From assembly GCA_035532555.1 (NCBI GenBank), contig DATKQS010000024.1, positions 11,225 to 75,224 on the forward strand: a stretch of 64,000 bases of DNA, written 5' to 3'. This DNA is from Thermoplasmata archaeon (lineage in GTDB: Archaea > Thermoplasmatota > Thermoplasmata > Lutacidiplasmatales > UBA184). The notes below the pieces were generated by a model. That model had not been told where the DNA came from, did no database searches, and worked only from the letters and a program-made list of their open reading frames with translations. The stretch's first letter is position 1. Every line of letters starts with the position of its first letter. The translations under genes and the position numbers were made by a program. This document shows positions 36,995-46,324 of the stretch, piece by piece.

Positions 36995-37630
36995 CTATAG
37001 CTGCGGGATGATGGCGATGGCTCCGTTGAGCACAAACTGAATCGCGACCGCCGCGAGCAACAGGCCGAAGATCCGGGTCATCGCCATGACGCCCACCCGG
37101 CCGAGGCCGCGCAGGATGATCTGGCCGTACCGGAAGATTACGTACGTCGCGATCCCCACGATCACGATCGCGATGAAGGTCGCCGAGATGCCCAGAGCGT
37201 CGCTCGACGCGCTCGACTCATAGATCATCACGGTCGAGATCGCGCCGGGGCCGGCGAGGAGCGGGATCGCGATGGGGAAGACCGCGACCTCGTCCCGTGC
37301 CTGGGCCGCGTCCTCCCGATCGGCGTGCGTGAGCTTGGTCGGTCCAATCTCCCCCCGCAGCATGTCGTAGGCGATGATGAACAACAGGATCCCGCCGGCG
37401 ATCTCGAACGCTGGGAACCCGAACCCGTAGGCCGTGAACAGGAACCGACCGACCAGGGTGAAGGCGACCAAGATCCCCGTCATGATCAGGACGGCTCGGC
37501 GCAGGATCCGCTCTCGGTCCTCCGGGGAGAACTCGCTCGTCAGACCGACGAAGAACGGGAGCGTTCCGACCGGGTCCACGACGACGAACGTACTGGCGAC
37601 GACCGCCAGGAGGAAGCCGAGATCGTTCAT
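36995..37630 (-). CDS. MarC-family (UPF0056) integral membrane protein
   Basis: MNDLGFLLAVVASTFVVVDPVGTLPFF... and six TM helices, a typical MarC pattern. Confidence 0.8.
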   Translation of the reverse strand: MNDLGFLLAVVASTFVVVDPVGTLPFFVGLTSEFSPEDRERILRRAVLIMTGILVAFTLVGRFLFTAYGFGFPAFEIAGGILLFIIAYDMLRGEIGPTKLTHADREDAAQARDEVAVFPIAIPLLAGPGAISTVMIYESSASSDALGISATFIAIVIVGIATYVIFRYGQIILRGLGRVGVMAMTRIFGLLLAAVAIQFVLNGAIAIIPQL

Positions 37631-37712
37631 CGTGGACGCCTCCCTCGTTCAGAGGGTCGGTAGCCCTTCTTTAAGCGTTACTCTGCCGGCCGTGCGGCGG
37701 CAGGGCATGGGG

Positions 37713-38495
37713 CTAGCGGACACCCACCAGGACCCGGTTATCGAGATCCTGCCAGAGAACGCCGACCTCGCGGAAGCCCGCCGTGACCAGCGCGCGCCAG
37801 TGCAGATTCAATCCCGAGGCGGGGTCGTTGCCGTGCGCGTGCGGGTATCGACGCTCGTGCTCGGCCCACTCTTCCCCGAGGCCGGGCTCCTTCGAGACCT
37901 CCCGCCACCACTCTGACCACGGCCGAGCATCGGCCAGGGCACGGTCGCGAGCCCGGTGATGACGGATCTCCCCGGCGAGGCGAACGATCCGGCTCTTGCT
38001 CCCCGGGTCCGCAGGCAGACTATCCCCGTTGAGGAAGATCGCCCCCGGTCGAAGTCGTCGCGCAAGTCCCTTGTAGAACCGGCGAAGCTCGGGAGGCTTC
38101 AGCCAATGCAGCGCGGTCGTCGAGACGGCCGCGTCGAAGCGCCCGCGGGGCACCGATCGGTCCCAATCCGGAGCCCGCAGGTCCGCATCGACCCACGTCA
38201 ACCGATCGTGGACGGTTCCGAGCCCGTTCCGACCGATCGCGAGCAGGACGGGATCGTGGTCGATCGCGACGACCCGGGCGCCGGGGCAGCGTCGGAGGAC
38301 CCGTTCCGAGAGAGAGCCGGTGCCGCAGCCGATGTCCAGCGCGCGGAATCGGGACGGGAACGCGACCGACAGGATCTCGGTCATCGCCTCGAACCGCGCC
38401 TCGCGCTCGGGGATGTGCAGCGCCTGCATCTCGTCCCAGCTCTGCCGCAGGGCCTTCCAGTTCGGCGATCGGGTCCGAGTTCGCGTTCGTTCCAT
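37713..38495 (-). CDS. Class I SAM-dependent methyltransferase
   Basis: Motif I RALDIGCGTGSLSERVL and motif II ARVVAIDHDP. Start at MERTRTR (ATG complement 38493-38495). The ORF extension to 39932 is an artefact. Confidence 0.75.
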   Translation of the reverse strand: MERTRTRTRSPNWKALRQSWDEMQALHIPEREARFEAMTEILSVAFPSRFRALDIGCGTGSLSERVLRRCPGARVVAIDHDPVLLAIGRNGLGTVHDRLTWVDADLRAPDWDRSVPRGRFDAAVSTTALHWLKPPELRRFYKGLARRLRPGAIFLNGDSLPADPGSKSRIVRLAGEIRHHRARDRALADARPWSEWWREVSKEPGLGEEWAEHERRYPHAHGNDPASGLNLHWRALVTAGFREVGVLWQDLDNRVLVGVR

Positions 38496-38569
38496 GGTGT
38501 CGGATGGACCGGCGAGGAGATACCCTTGACTCGGTGCGGCTTCCGCAGGTGGGAGGCCGGGCTCGAGGT

Positions 38570-39787
38570 CTACAGCCCGGGAAGCGCCACGACGGCGCCG
38601 AAGGGGACCCGCACGGGTTGTGGCATGACCCAGAGCACGGGGAACGGAGGAGCTCGCTCCGGGAACGTGCCCTGCCCATCCGTGAGGTACACCAACCCGG
38701 TCGGACGGATCGCGCCGGAGCGCGAGGCCCACTCGAACGCGGGGCGGAAATCCGTACCTCCGCGCCCGTGGAACTCGAGAGGGACGGGAACCCCGGGTCG
38801 GATCTCTCGCACGGATCGGACTGCGTCGTCCGCCTCGAGGACCACCAAGCGGCCGGATCCACCCACGAGATCCGCGATGCCTTGGACCTCGGAGAGGAAT
38901 GCGCGCGCGCTCGCCGGATCGATGGAACCGGAGGTGTCGATCGCGATCGCGAGGGTGCCCACGGACCGGGTCCGAGTGCCGGGGAGGATGAGCCCGACCG
39001 AAAGATAGCGTCGGTTCGGCGGGATCCACGAGTAGTCTTGTGCGTACGCACGCTGCAGGAAGCGGACCAGCTCCGATCGCCAGTAGAGCTGCGGGCGGCC
39101 GATCGATGCGAGGATCTCTTCGGCCGCCTCTCGGCCCTCCCCCGTGTAGGCCATCGACTGCGCCGCCTGGACGATCCGGTCGCGCCAGCGCTCCTGGAGA
39201 TCGCGGCCCGAGCTCGCTTCCCCGGACGGTTCCTGCCAGCACTCGGCGATGTCCGCTACGATCGCATCCTCCGGCGGGTTCTCCTCGGGCGGCGGCAGGA
39301 GGGCGTAGATCTCTTCGGTCGAGCGATCCCGTGCGAGATCGACCGGTGCCTTGAGCGGCAGGACCTCGCGATAGTCGTAGGCGCTCCGAAGGAACAGCGG
39401 GACGAGGGAGAGATCGCTCGCGCTCTGCCACTTGCGCGCGTCGCGCCCTTCGCCCCGCCACGGGTGCCCGAGAGCCCAATGCAGCAGCACGTGGAGGAAG
39501 TGGCCCTCGAGCCGCATCGGGGGCGCCGTTCGAACGAAATCGGGGCGGTAGTACAGGACCCGACCGTCGCACGCGATGCTGCGCACCGTCGTCGACTCCT
39601 TCCAGGGCATTCCGAGTGCGAGTACGCCGAGGAACGGGTTGCGCATGAGGAAGTGGAAGCGCGCGCCCTCCAGGATCCGCGCGGCTTCGAGATCGAGAGT
39701 CGACTCGAGGGGTGCGACGACCGGCGACTCCGGCCCACGAGATGGGCGCGCCGCGCGAGGGCCGGACCGCCGTCGCGCTCGGGCCAT
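38570..39787 (-). CDS. VWA-domain protein with N-terminal DUF2201 (putative metallopeptidase-like) domain, a CoxE/ViaA-like MoxR partner
   Basis: N-terminal ...FLHVLLHWALGHPW... is DUF2201-like. C-terminal AIAIDTSGSIDP... is the vWA MIDAS motif (DxSGS). ATG overlaps the MoxR stop (ATGA at 39785-39789). Confidence 0.7.
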   Translation of the reverse strand: MARARRRSGPRAARPSRGPESPVVAPLESTLDLEAARILEGARFHFLMRNPFLGVLALGMPWKESTTVRSIACDGRVLYYRPDFVRTAPPMRLEGHFLHVLLHWALGHPWRGEGRDARKWQSASDLSLVPLFLRSAYDYREVLPLKAPVDLARDRSTEEIYALLPPPEENPPEDAIVADIAECWQEPSGEASSGRDLQERWRDRIVQAAQSMAYTGEGREAAEEILASIGRPQLYWRSELVRFLQRAYAQDYSWIPPNRRYLSVGLILPGTRTRSVGTLAIAIDTSGSIDPASARAFLSEVQGIADLVGGSGRLVVLEADDAVRSVREIRPGVPVPLEFHGRGGTDFRPAFEWASRSGAIRPTGLVYLTDGQGTFPERAPPFPVLWVMPQPVRVPFGAVVALPGL

Positions 39788-40848
39788 CAGCCCAGCGCCT
39801 CGACGTTCTGCGCCGCCCACGCGCGGAACGCCGGCAGCTGGGCGGCGGAGGGGTTCGCGCGCACCAGGTCCCGTATGAGCAGTACCTCGAGCTCGCGGAG
39901 ACCGTTCTTGCCGAGCGCTTGCGCGTATTCAATCATGCGCGGCACCCGGCCCTTCTCGCGCGCGTAGCGAGCCACGAGCCCGGTGACGACCGCGTAGCCC
40001 GTCGCAGGGTCCGGCGGGATCAGGTCGGCCCCGGCGATGATCTTCTCGAGACTCGGCCGCGCGTTGAGCGACTTGCGGAAGAGATCGAACTCGGTCGCGG
40101 GGCCCGCTCCGACGCATCCCTCGATCGCCGCTCGCATCTCCCGGTCTCCGAGATCGAGCGCGAGGACCCGGCTGACCATCTCCCAGGTGCGTGGGCAGGG
40201 GTACGCCTTCGAGCTCCCCGGTGACTGGGAGAGAAGCGTGGGCCGGAACTCCAGGAATGCGATGACGGACGGATCGATCCCGGCGCCGAACGCCCAGCTC
40301 TTCCAGCTCTCGAGGTCGGGGACGAGTTCGAGGTGTTCGAACCGGGAGAGCAGCGCGGAGGGCATCGCGTGAGCGATCGACTGGTCGCTCTCCCGGTTCC
40401 CGGCCGCGACCACGTACCAACCCGGAGGAAGGGAGTACTCCCCCACCTTGCGGTCGAGAACGAGCTGGTAGACGGATGCTTGTACGAGCGGAGGAGCCGC
40501 ATTGAGCTCGTCCAGGAACAGGATCCCCTTGCCGCCCGACGGCAGGAACTCCGGGGGCGCCCAGCGGACCTTCCCCCGATACGGCACCGGGAGCCCGCGA
40601 AGATCGACCGGATCCATCAGGAGCATCCTCAGATCGATGACCCGTAGGTTCCCGGCCTCCGCGATCTGGCGGACGATCGAACTCTTGCCGACGCCGGGGG
40701 GCCCCCAGATGAAGATCGGCGGCCACTTCGCCTCCAGATGCGCTTCGAGCACGCGACGCAGCTCCGGAGCCGTGACTCGACCCCCGTACTCTCCCGCGGA
40801 GAGCCCGGCCTCGTCGAGTGCGGTGGCGAGCGAACCCGGGTCGCTCAC
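39787..40848 (-). CDS. MoxR-family AAA+ ATPase (AAA_5)
   Basis: Walker A IWGPPGVGKSSIVRQIAE, Walker B ILFLDELNAAPP, sensor VVAAGNR. Confidence 0.85.
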   Translation of the reverse strand: MSDPGSLATALDEAGLSAGEYGGRVTAPELRRVLEAHLEAKWPPIFIWGPPGVGKSSIVRQIAEAGNLRVIDLRMLLMDPVDLRGLPVPYRGKVRWAPPEFLPSGGKGILFLDELNAAPPLVQASVYQLVLDRKVGEYSLPPGWYVVAAGNRESDQSIAHAMPSALLSRFEHLELVPDLESWKSWAFGAGIDPSVIAFLEFRPTLLSQSPGSSKAYPCPRTWEMVSRVLALDLGDREMRAAIEGCVGAGPATEFDLFRKSLNARPSLEKIIAGADLIPPDPATGYAVVTGLVARYAREKGRVPRMIEYAQALGKNGLRELEVLLIRDLVRANPSAAQLPAFRAWAAQNVEALG

Positions 40849-41849
40849 GGATCCTCGGTGTCGCCGGCGCGCACGTTGGGGAGCTCTTCGGTCAACGCCA
40901 TCGTCACGAGCTCCGTAGAGAAAGCGCTTCGCAGGCGATCGCGTGCGCGGGCGCAGCGGGCCGCGAACGCGCTCCCCTCCGCGGCGAGCGCGGGCATCGC
41001 GTGGCCGACGTAGGTGCCGAGCGTGGCCGCGAGGCCGGTCGGGAGGTGCGCGTCATCCGCGTCGAGCTGGAAGTACAGACGGCTCGGAGACCCATCCCAC
41101 GACATATCCCCGAGGCGAGGGAAACGCAGGAATCGCAGTTCGACGCCGTCCTCGTATCGGATCGTTCGCCCGCGCAGGGCCGATTCGATCGGTCCCCTCG
41201 GGAGATCGTGCACAAGGGCCCGGAAGAGGCGGGCATCTTCCCCGCTCGGGACCTTCGCAGACCCTCCGGGAATGTCGATGTGCGGAGGAATGGGTTCGAT
41301 GAGGGCATCGAGCATCTTGGCGAACCCCGCCACCCCAGCCTCCCCTTGGCTGATCCCAACGGACTCCTCGTCGGGCACGATGGGAGACTCCTCGGCGAGA
41401 TCCGCGAGGAAGGGCTTGAGCTCCTCGAAGCGCCCGGCGATTCGTTGGCAGCAGCCGACCCACCGGGCGAGCCAGGCCGAGGGGGAGGCGGCAGTCGCGG
41501 CTGGATCGAGCGTGGAGGTGGGGACATCGGCGATGGCGGTGACCGAGGCCCACGGTGCATAGCGTCGGCCGACCTCGATCGCCTGTACTGCGAGGACCAA
41601 TTCTCGAAGCTCCGCGAAGAACCGCTCTGCGGTGTCGGTCTCGCCGGCTTTCTCTTCATAGAAGCTGATCAGCGCCGGCTTCGTCCAGGCGGATTCGCCT
41701 CCCTCCCCAGAGAGATGCGCGAGCCAACGGATCAGTCCGGGGCCGACCTCGAGCGAGCGGATCGCACGATCCGCTTCGATCCAAGCTCCGGCTCCTTCCG
41801 GTACCGATGGGCCGTGGGAAGTCGTCGCCTTCGAAGGGGGCTTGGGCAC
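40845..41849 (-). CDS. Hypothetical protein, first gene of the MoxR/VWA operon
   Basis: 334 aa with no recognisable domain. 4-nt overlap with the MoxR start. Confidence 0.5.
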   Translation of the reverse strand: MPKPPSKATTSHGPSVPEGAGAWIEADRAIRSLEVGPGLIRWLAHLSGEGGESAWTKPALISFYEEKAGETDTAERFFAELRELVLAVQAIEVGRRYAPWASVTAIADVPTSTLDPAATAASPSAWLARWVGCCQRIAGRFEELKPFLADLAEESPIVPDEESVGISQGEAGVAGFAKMLDALIEPIPPHIDIPGGSAKVPSGEDARLFRALVHDLPRGPIESALRGRTIRYEDGVELRFLRFPRLGDMSWDGSPSRLYFQLDADDAHLPTGLAATLGTYVGHAMPALAAEGSAFAARCARARDRLRSAFSTELVTMALTEELPNVRAGDTEDP

Positions 41850-41859
41850 GTCGACCTCC

Positions 41860-42516
41860 TCAGGCGGCGCGGACGGGCGCGGCTCCGGACGAGCCCTCGC
41901 GCAGGAACTTGATCCCCACCACGATCACCCAGAGGAGCGCCGGCGCGACGACCAGCCGCTCCCACCCGCCGTGACCGAGGAGCCAGGAGAGGTTGAGGCC
42001 GAACATGACGAGCGCGATCGCGGTCACGAAGAATCCCACGATCGACGGGATCGTCCACGCGTGCCAGTGGGAATCATCCCAGCCGGCGAGGCCCACGAAG
42101 AGTAGGGTGAACCCGGCCGCGATGAACGCGAGCGAGGCGGCGGATATGTGAATCGGATAGTTGAGGTGCTCGTTGAAGATCCCGACGCCGATCGCTCCAA
42201 TGCCGACGAGCGCGTAGGTGATGACCCCGAGGCGTCCGAACGCTCCGGGCGGCACTCCCCGGCGCATCGCCATCAGGCCAATCAGGACGAGCGCGCCGAG
42301 CGCGATCGCCGAGAGGTTGAGCATCCAATAGTACGGGAACGCCACGAGCGACGGGTCGCCGAGATTGCTGATCGTATTGTTCTGGAAGCTGTAGTTCTGG
42401 CCCTGCGCGATCAGGATGAGCGCCTCCGCGGTCGTCACGACGGCGAACTGGATGGGGCCGACAATCATCGCGATCGCCCCCGTGCGCTGGCCCTGGTCGA
42501 GGCGGCTCGTGCTCAT
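41860..42516 (-). CDS. DUF998-like integral membrane protein (6 TM)
   Basis: Hydrophobic profile. Lies 10 nt upstream of the MoxR-operon leader gene. Confidence 0.5.
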   Translation of the reverse strand: MSTSRLDQGQRTGAIAMIVGPIQFAVVTTAEALILIAQGQNYSFQNNTISNLGDPSLVAFPYYWMLNLSAIALGALVLIGLMAMRRGVPPGAFGRLGVITYALVGIGAIGVGIFNEHLNYPIHISAASLAFIAAGFTLLFVGLAGWDDSHWHAWTIPSIVGFFVTAIALVMFGLNLSWLLGHGGWERLVVAPALLWVIVVGIKFLREGSSGAAPVRAA

Positions 42517-42544
42517 GATCCGAGGCGTTCCGAGCCGACCACCA

Positions 42545-43291
42545 TCATAAGCTTCCCGGCGAGGAAGCCGTCGCAGGGGCAGGGGTTCGTCGTGGGCGGA
42601 CTGGGCGCTCCCGGTGGGTGAGCCCGCCGCTGTGCCAGGTCACGATGATGATCGTGTAGAATGCGTACCCGGCGTACGTCGGATTGTACTGGGCGATGCT
42701 CGCGGCCACCGAGAAGATGCCGGCAATCAGGAAGGAGGTCTGGGCGGTCCTCTCGAGGGAGAGCCGATCGGCCGTCGGGTGGGCGAGCTCGGGCTTGCCG
42801 CTGACGTGCAGCGCGATCAGGCCCATCGTCATTCCCGCCGCGCACTGGACCGCGGAATACAGCGCGACCGTGACCCCCGTGGACCCGTAGAGGCCGTTGA
42901 GGCCGGTCACGAACGGCGTCACCGCGATGAACATGAGGAACGCGATGTTCGTCCAGTTGAGAATGGCGTCGACGCCGCGAATGTGCCGGAAGATCCGGCG
43001 GTGGAGCGTCCACCACACGGCGATGACGAGGAATGCGACGACGTAGCTGATGAACAGGCTCGTCTCCGAACCAAGGAATCTGGAGATGGCCACGCCGGTG
43101 GGCAGGCCGGCGTAGGGTGGGGAGTTCAGGGCCACCGCCGAGGGAATCGACAGGTTGATGACGAGCAGGGTCATCGCGAACGCGAATACGCCGTCGCTCA
43201 AGGCGAGGAGGCGGCCGGTGTCCTCGGTGATCGCGACCGAGTCGGCGGTGCGGATAAAGTCCGGTACGAGCTCGTCCTTCTCCCGCCCCAC
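42545..43291 (-). CDS. DUF1211 / TMEM175-family putative K+ channel
   Basis: RLLALSDGVFAFAMTLLVINLSIP matches the R-x-x-FSDGVFAIAITLLVLEL family signature. 6-TM profile. Confidence 0.7.
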   Translation of the reverse strand: MGREKDELVPDFIRTADSVAITEDTGRLLALSDGVFAFAMTLLVINLSIPSAVALNSPPYAGLPTGVAISRFLGSETSLFISYVVAFLVIAVWWTLHRRIFRHIRGVDAILNWTNIAFLMFIAVTPFVTGLNGLYGSTGVTVALYSAVQCAAGMTMGLIALHVSGKPELAHPTADRLSLERTAQTSFLIAGIFSVAASIAQYNPTYAGYAFYTIIIVTWHSGGLTHRERPVRPRRTPAPATASSPGSL

Positions 43292-43404
43292 GAAATTCCG
43301 GGAGCGTCTGCCGGTACTTCAACCGCATGGCCCATGGCACGCGCGCCGGCGTGCTGAAGTCCTCCGGCAGAGCCATTAAATCGCCCGCCGGGCTCCGCCT
43401 GGGA

Positions 43405-43842
43405 ATGGTAGCAAAGCGCACGGCCCAGGCGGTTTGGGAAGGGGATCTGGCGAAGGGACACGGTCACGTCACCGGGACGAGCGGGGGACTTCCCGATGTC
43501 GCGGTGAGCTGGGCCTCGCGTACCGAAGCCTCCGGGGGAAAGACGAGCCCCGAAGAGCTCCTCGCGGCGGCGCATGCGGCCTGCTTTTCGATGGCGCTCT
43601 CCGCGGGTCTGGGGCGGATGCAGAAGCCTCCCCAGCGGCTCGAGGTAAGCGTCACCGTCACGTTCGACAAGGTCGGGGAAGCGTGGAAAGTGACGACGAG
43701 CGAGGTCACGGTCGTCGGCACGGTTCCCGGCATTTCCGCCGAGGAGTTCGAGAAGGCCGCTCAAGGTGCCGGACAGAACTGCCCGATCTCCGGAGCGCTG
43801 AAGGGCAACGTGGCCGTCACGGTCCACGCGAAGCTCGCCTAG
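43405..43842 (+). CDS. OsmC/Ohr-family peroxiredoxin-like protein
   Basis: ...SPEELLAAAHAACFSMALSAGLG...GISAEEFEKAAQGAGQNCPISGALKGN; the OsmC fold has two conserved Cys. Start at MVAKRT. Confidence 0.7.
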   Translation: MVAKRTAQAVWEGDLAKGHGHVTGTSGGLPDVAVSWASRTEASGGKTSPEELLAAAHAACFSMALSAGLGRMQKPPQRLEVSVTVTFDKVGEAWKVTTSEVTVVGTVPGISAEEFEKAAQGAGQNCPISGALKGNVAVTVHAKLA

Positions 43843-43849
43843 ACTGCAA

Positions 43850-44500
43850 TCACGCCGGCTCGAGGTCGGCGAAGACGAACCCGTCGCGCTCCACGACCGC
43901 TCCCGGTCGCACGGCGACGGGGGCCCGGAACATCGGGCCGTCGGAGACGAACGTGTGGAACTCTCCGTTCTCTCCGCAGGGATCGACCCCGGCCGGCAGT
44001 TCGCACAGGAGGGTCTCGTCGAACGACCGCCCCGCGAACGTCCCGGGAAGCTTCCGGGAATCGACGGCGACGATCGTGGCGCGCATCCCACTCGCGATCA
44101 TCTCGTGGGCGAGGTCGCGGGTGGCGCGTCCCCATAGGGGGAAGACCGGTCGGATCCCGGTCCCGCGGAGCTTGTCCTCTCGATAGCTGCGGATATCCTC
44201 GAGGTAGAGATCCCCGAAGACGATCCGGCTCACCCCTTCCCCCCTCAGTCGCGCGATCATCGCTCCCATCCGTTCCTCGTAGATCGCGTTGGGGCACGGG
44301 AACGGGATCGATACCGGATAGAGCGGAAGCCCGGCCGCATCCGCTTGGCGTTCGAGCAGTTCCTCCCGCACCCCGTGCATCGATACCCGCGCGAACGTCT
44401 CCGTGATCGTCGTGAGCAAGCCGACGATCTCGAGTTCGCCCGCACGACGGGCCAGATGGAGCGAGTACGCGGAGTCCTTTCCGCTGCTCCAGGAGACCAC
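43850..44500 (-). CDS. PP-loop ATP pyrophosphatase of the Dph6 / MJ0570 (DUF71) family
   Basis: MVSWSSGKDSAYSLHLA PP-loop (SGGKDS). Archaeal diphthine-ammonia-ligase-like domain. Confidence 0.6.
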   Translation of the reverse strand: MVSWSSGKDSAYSLHLARRAGELEIVGLLTTITETFARVSMHGVREELLERQADAAGLPLYPVSIPFPCPNAIYEERMGAMIARLRGEGVSRIVFGDLYLEDIRSYREDKLRGTGIRPVFPLWGRATRDLAHEMIASGMRATIVAVDSRKLPGTFAGRSFDETLLCELPAGVDPCGENGEFHTFVSDGPMFRAPVAVRPGAVVERDGFVFADLEPA

Positions 44501-44574
44501 GGCCCGCGGGCGATCCTCCGATCGTCGCTCGACGCCGGTCGGGTCCGTCGCACGCGTCGTCGTGCCTCCTCCCC

Positions 44575-46209
44575 TCAGAAGTCCCCGAGACTGCGCTGGG
44601 CGTCCCGGCGGGCCGCCGAGGCGGCGCTCGCGGTGGTGGGTCGGGCCGGCGCGGCCGCCGCTCGCGGCACTTCCTCGTCCGGCGCCAGGAGCTCCTCGAC
44701 GGCGCGGCTCTCGGGCTCCACGTGCCGCAGGTAGGCGATCTCCTCTGGGGTCAGCTCGAGGTCCCGGACCAGAGAGCGTTGGGTGTTGCGGAGAGGGCTG
44801 CCGGTGGGTCCGCTCGACGCCGGCCGCAAGAAATCCTCCAAGAACGGAAGACCGACCTCACGCACCTTCTCCCGCGAAAGATGGAACGCTCCACCGTACT
44901 TGCCCGCGATCGATTCCCGCAAGGCCCGCGCGCCCCTCGAGCGGCCCATCTCCCCGAGGAACTCGGGAAAGTGAGCCGGTCCGGTCGAGGTGCCGGGGCG
45001 ATCGCGGACGCGGATGCCAACTCCGCCGGTCATCAGCTCGGAGGCGTAGCTCCACAGTCCGTAGTTCCTCCAGCGACGCGCGCGGTTCAGATACAGATCG
45101 GCGTGGGCGAGAGGGACGTAGGCCGCGGCGCGGTGGGCCGCGTCGACCGAGAACCGTGGTAGATTCTCCTCGATCCATGGAAAGAGATCTTCCGGCGTGG
45201 CATCCACCCGGTCCCGTACCTCGGTGCTTCGGTAGAATCGCGCTTGGGTCAGGGCCTCCTCGGTTACGAAGGCGAGATCGGAGCCAAGATCTCGGTTTCC
45301 GAGCGCGCTCATCTGCGCGGGCCCGGGAGGTAGGGGCGAGATCGCATCGACGTCGTTGAGCGCTGCGCGCAGATCGCCGTGCGCTCGGTGGACGATGCTT
45401 TCGATGGCCCGGCCTTCGATCGCGAGTCCTTCCCGGCGGGCGATGCGGGTGATGCAGGTACGCACGTCGACATCCGAGATCGGGTAGAAGCGGATGCGCG
45501 CGACCCCCGTTCGCAGGGCCGCGGAGTGCCGCGTCAATTCCCGTTCGTCATTGACGATCAGCAGGAGGGGCTGTCGGGTCGTTCGCACGAGCTCGGCGAT
45601 CGCACCGATTCCGCCTCGATCGGAAAGATCGATCTTGCGGGAGCTTCCTCGCCAGTCCGCGAGATCGCGTTGGGCCGGGGCGAGCGCCGTCCAGCGATGA
45701 TTGCCCGGGACGCGGGGGACCGCTTCCCAGCCTTCGAACGCGGGCGGGGCTCCGGCCCTTCCGAGCCCCCACGTGACGTTCAGGGCGTCGACGGTCCCGT
45801 ACCGCCCGCGGAGGTACTCCCGCCAGCCGATCGGAGCGGGCGCCTTGCGCGCTTGCTCGCCGAGCCGGCCAGTAAGGCAATCCGCCTCGTCGAGCACGAT
45901 CAAGGTCCGTTGGTGCACCGGGTCGAACGGTCCCTCCGATAGAGTGCGGAGCCCGGCGGCCCGGCCCGCGACCTTCTGGATGGCATCGGCGTTGCGGGCG
46001 TCGGAGGCGTTCATCTCCACGACGCCCCACCGTAGATCTGCGGCGAGCGCGAGCGCCGCCGACGTCTTTCCCACTCCGGGAGGCCCGGACAGGATGGCGG
46101 CCCGGCGCGTGGGAGGCGGCCCGGGCCGGGTCCAGCCCTCGGCCCAGTTCCGCAGCTCGGCGCGGGCCCGGGGGTTGCCTGCAAGATCGTCGAGCCGGAT
46201 CGGTCGCAT
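44575..46209 (-). CDS. rfcL: Replication factor C large subunit
   Basis: MRPIRLDDLAGNPRARAELRNWAEGW..., ILSGPPGVGKTSAALALAADL, NASDARN, LIVLDEADCL. Start at Met284 of the long ORF (ATG complement 46207-46209). Confidence 0.8.
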   Translation of the reverse strand: MRPIRLDDLAGNPRARAELRNWAEGWTRPGPPPTRRAAILSGPPGVGKTSAALALAADLRWGVVEMNASDARNADAIQKVAGRAAGLRTLSEGPFDPVHQRTLIVLDEADCLTGRLGEQARKAPAPIGWREYLRGRYGTVDALNVTWGLGRAGAPPAFEGWEAVPRVPGNHRWTALAPAQRDLADWRGSSRKIDLSDRGGIGAIAELVRTTRQPLLLIVNDERELTRHSAALRTGVARIRFYPISDVDVRTCITRIARREGLAIEGRAIESIVHRAHGDLRAALNDVDAISPLPPGPAQMSALGNRDLGSDLAFVTEEALTQARFYRSTEVRDRVDATPEDLFPWIEENLPRFSVDAAHRAAAYVPLAHADLYLNRARRWRNYGLWSYASELMTGGVGIRVRDRPGTSTGPAHFPEFLGEMGRSRGARALRESIAGKYGGAFHLSREKVREVGLPFLEDFLRPASSGPTGSPLRNTQRSLVRDLELTPEEIAYLRHVEPESRAVEELLAPDEEVPRAAAAPARPTTASAASAARRDAQRSLGDF

Positions 46210-46324
46210 CCGCTCTGACAGAGGCAGACGTGCGGACGCGGACCGGCCGGGTTCGACCATCGGGCAGGTAGTTCTCGCGGCGCTTAATAGGGCCGGGCGG
46301 GCTCCAAGCTCCGGGCCCTTCCGC

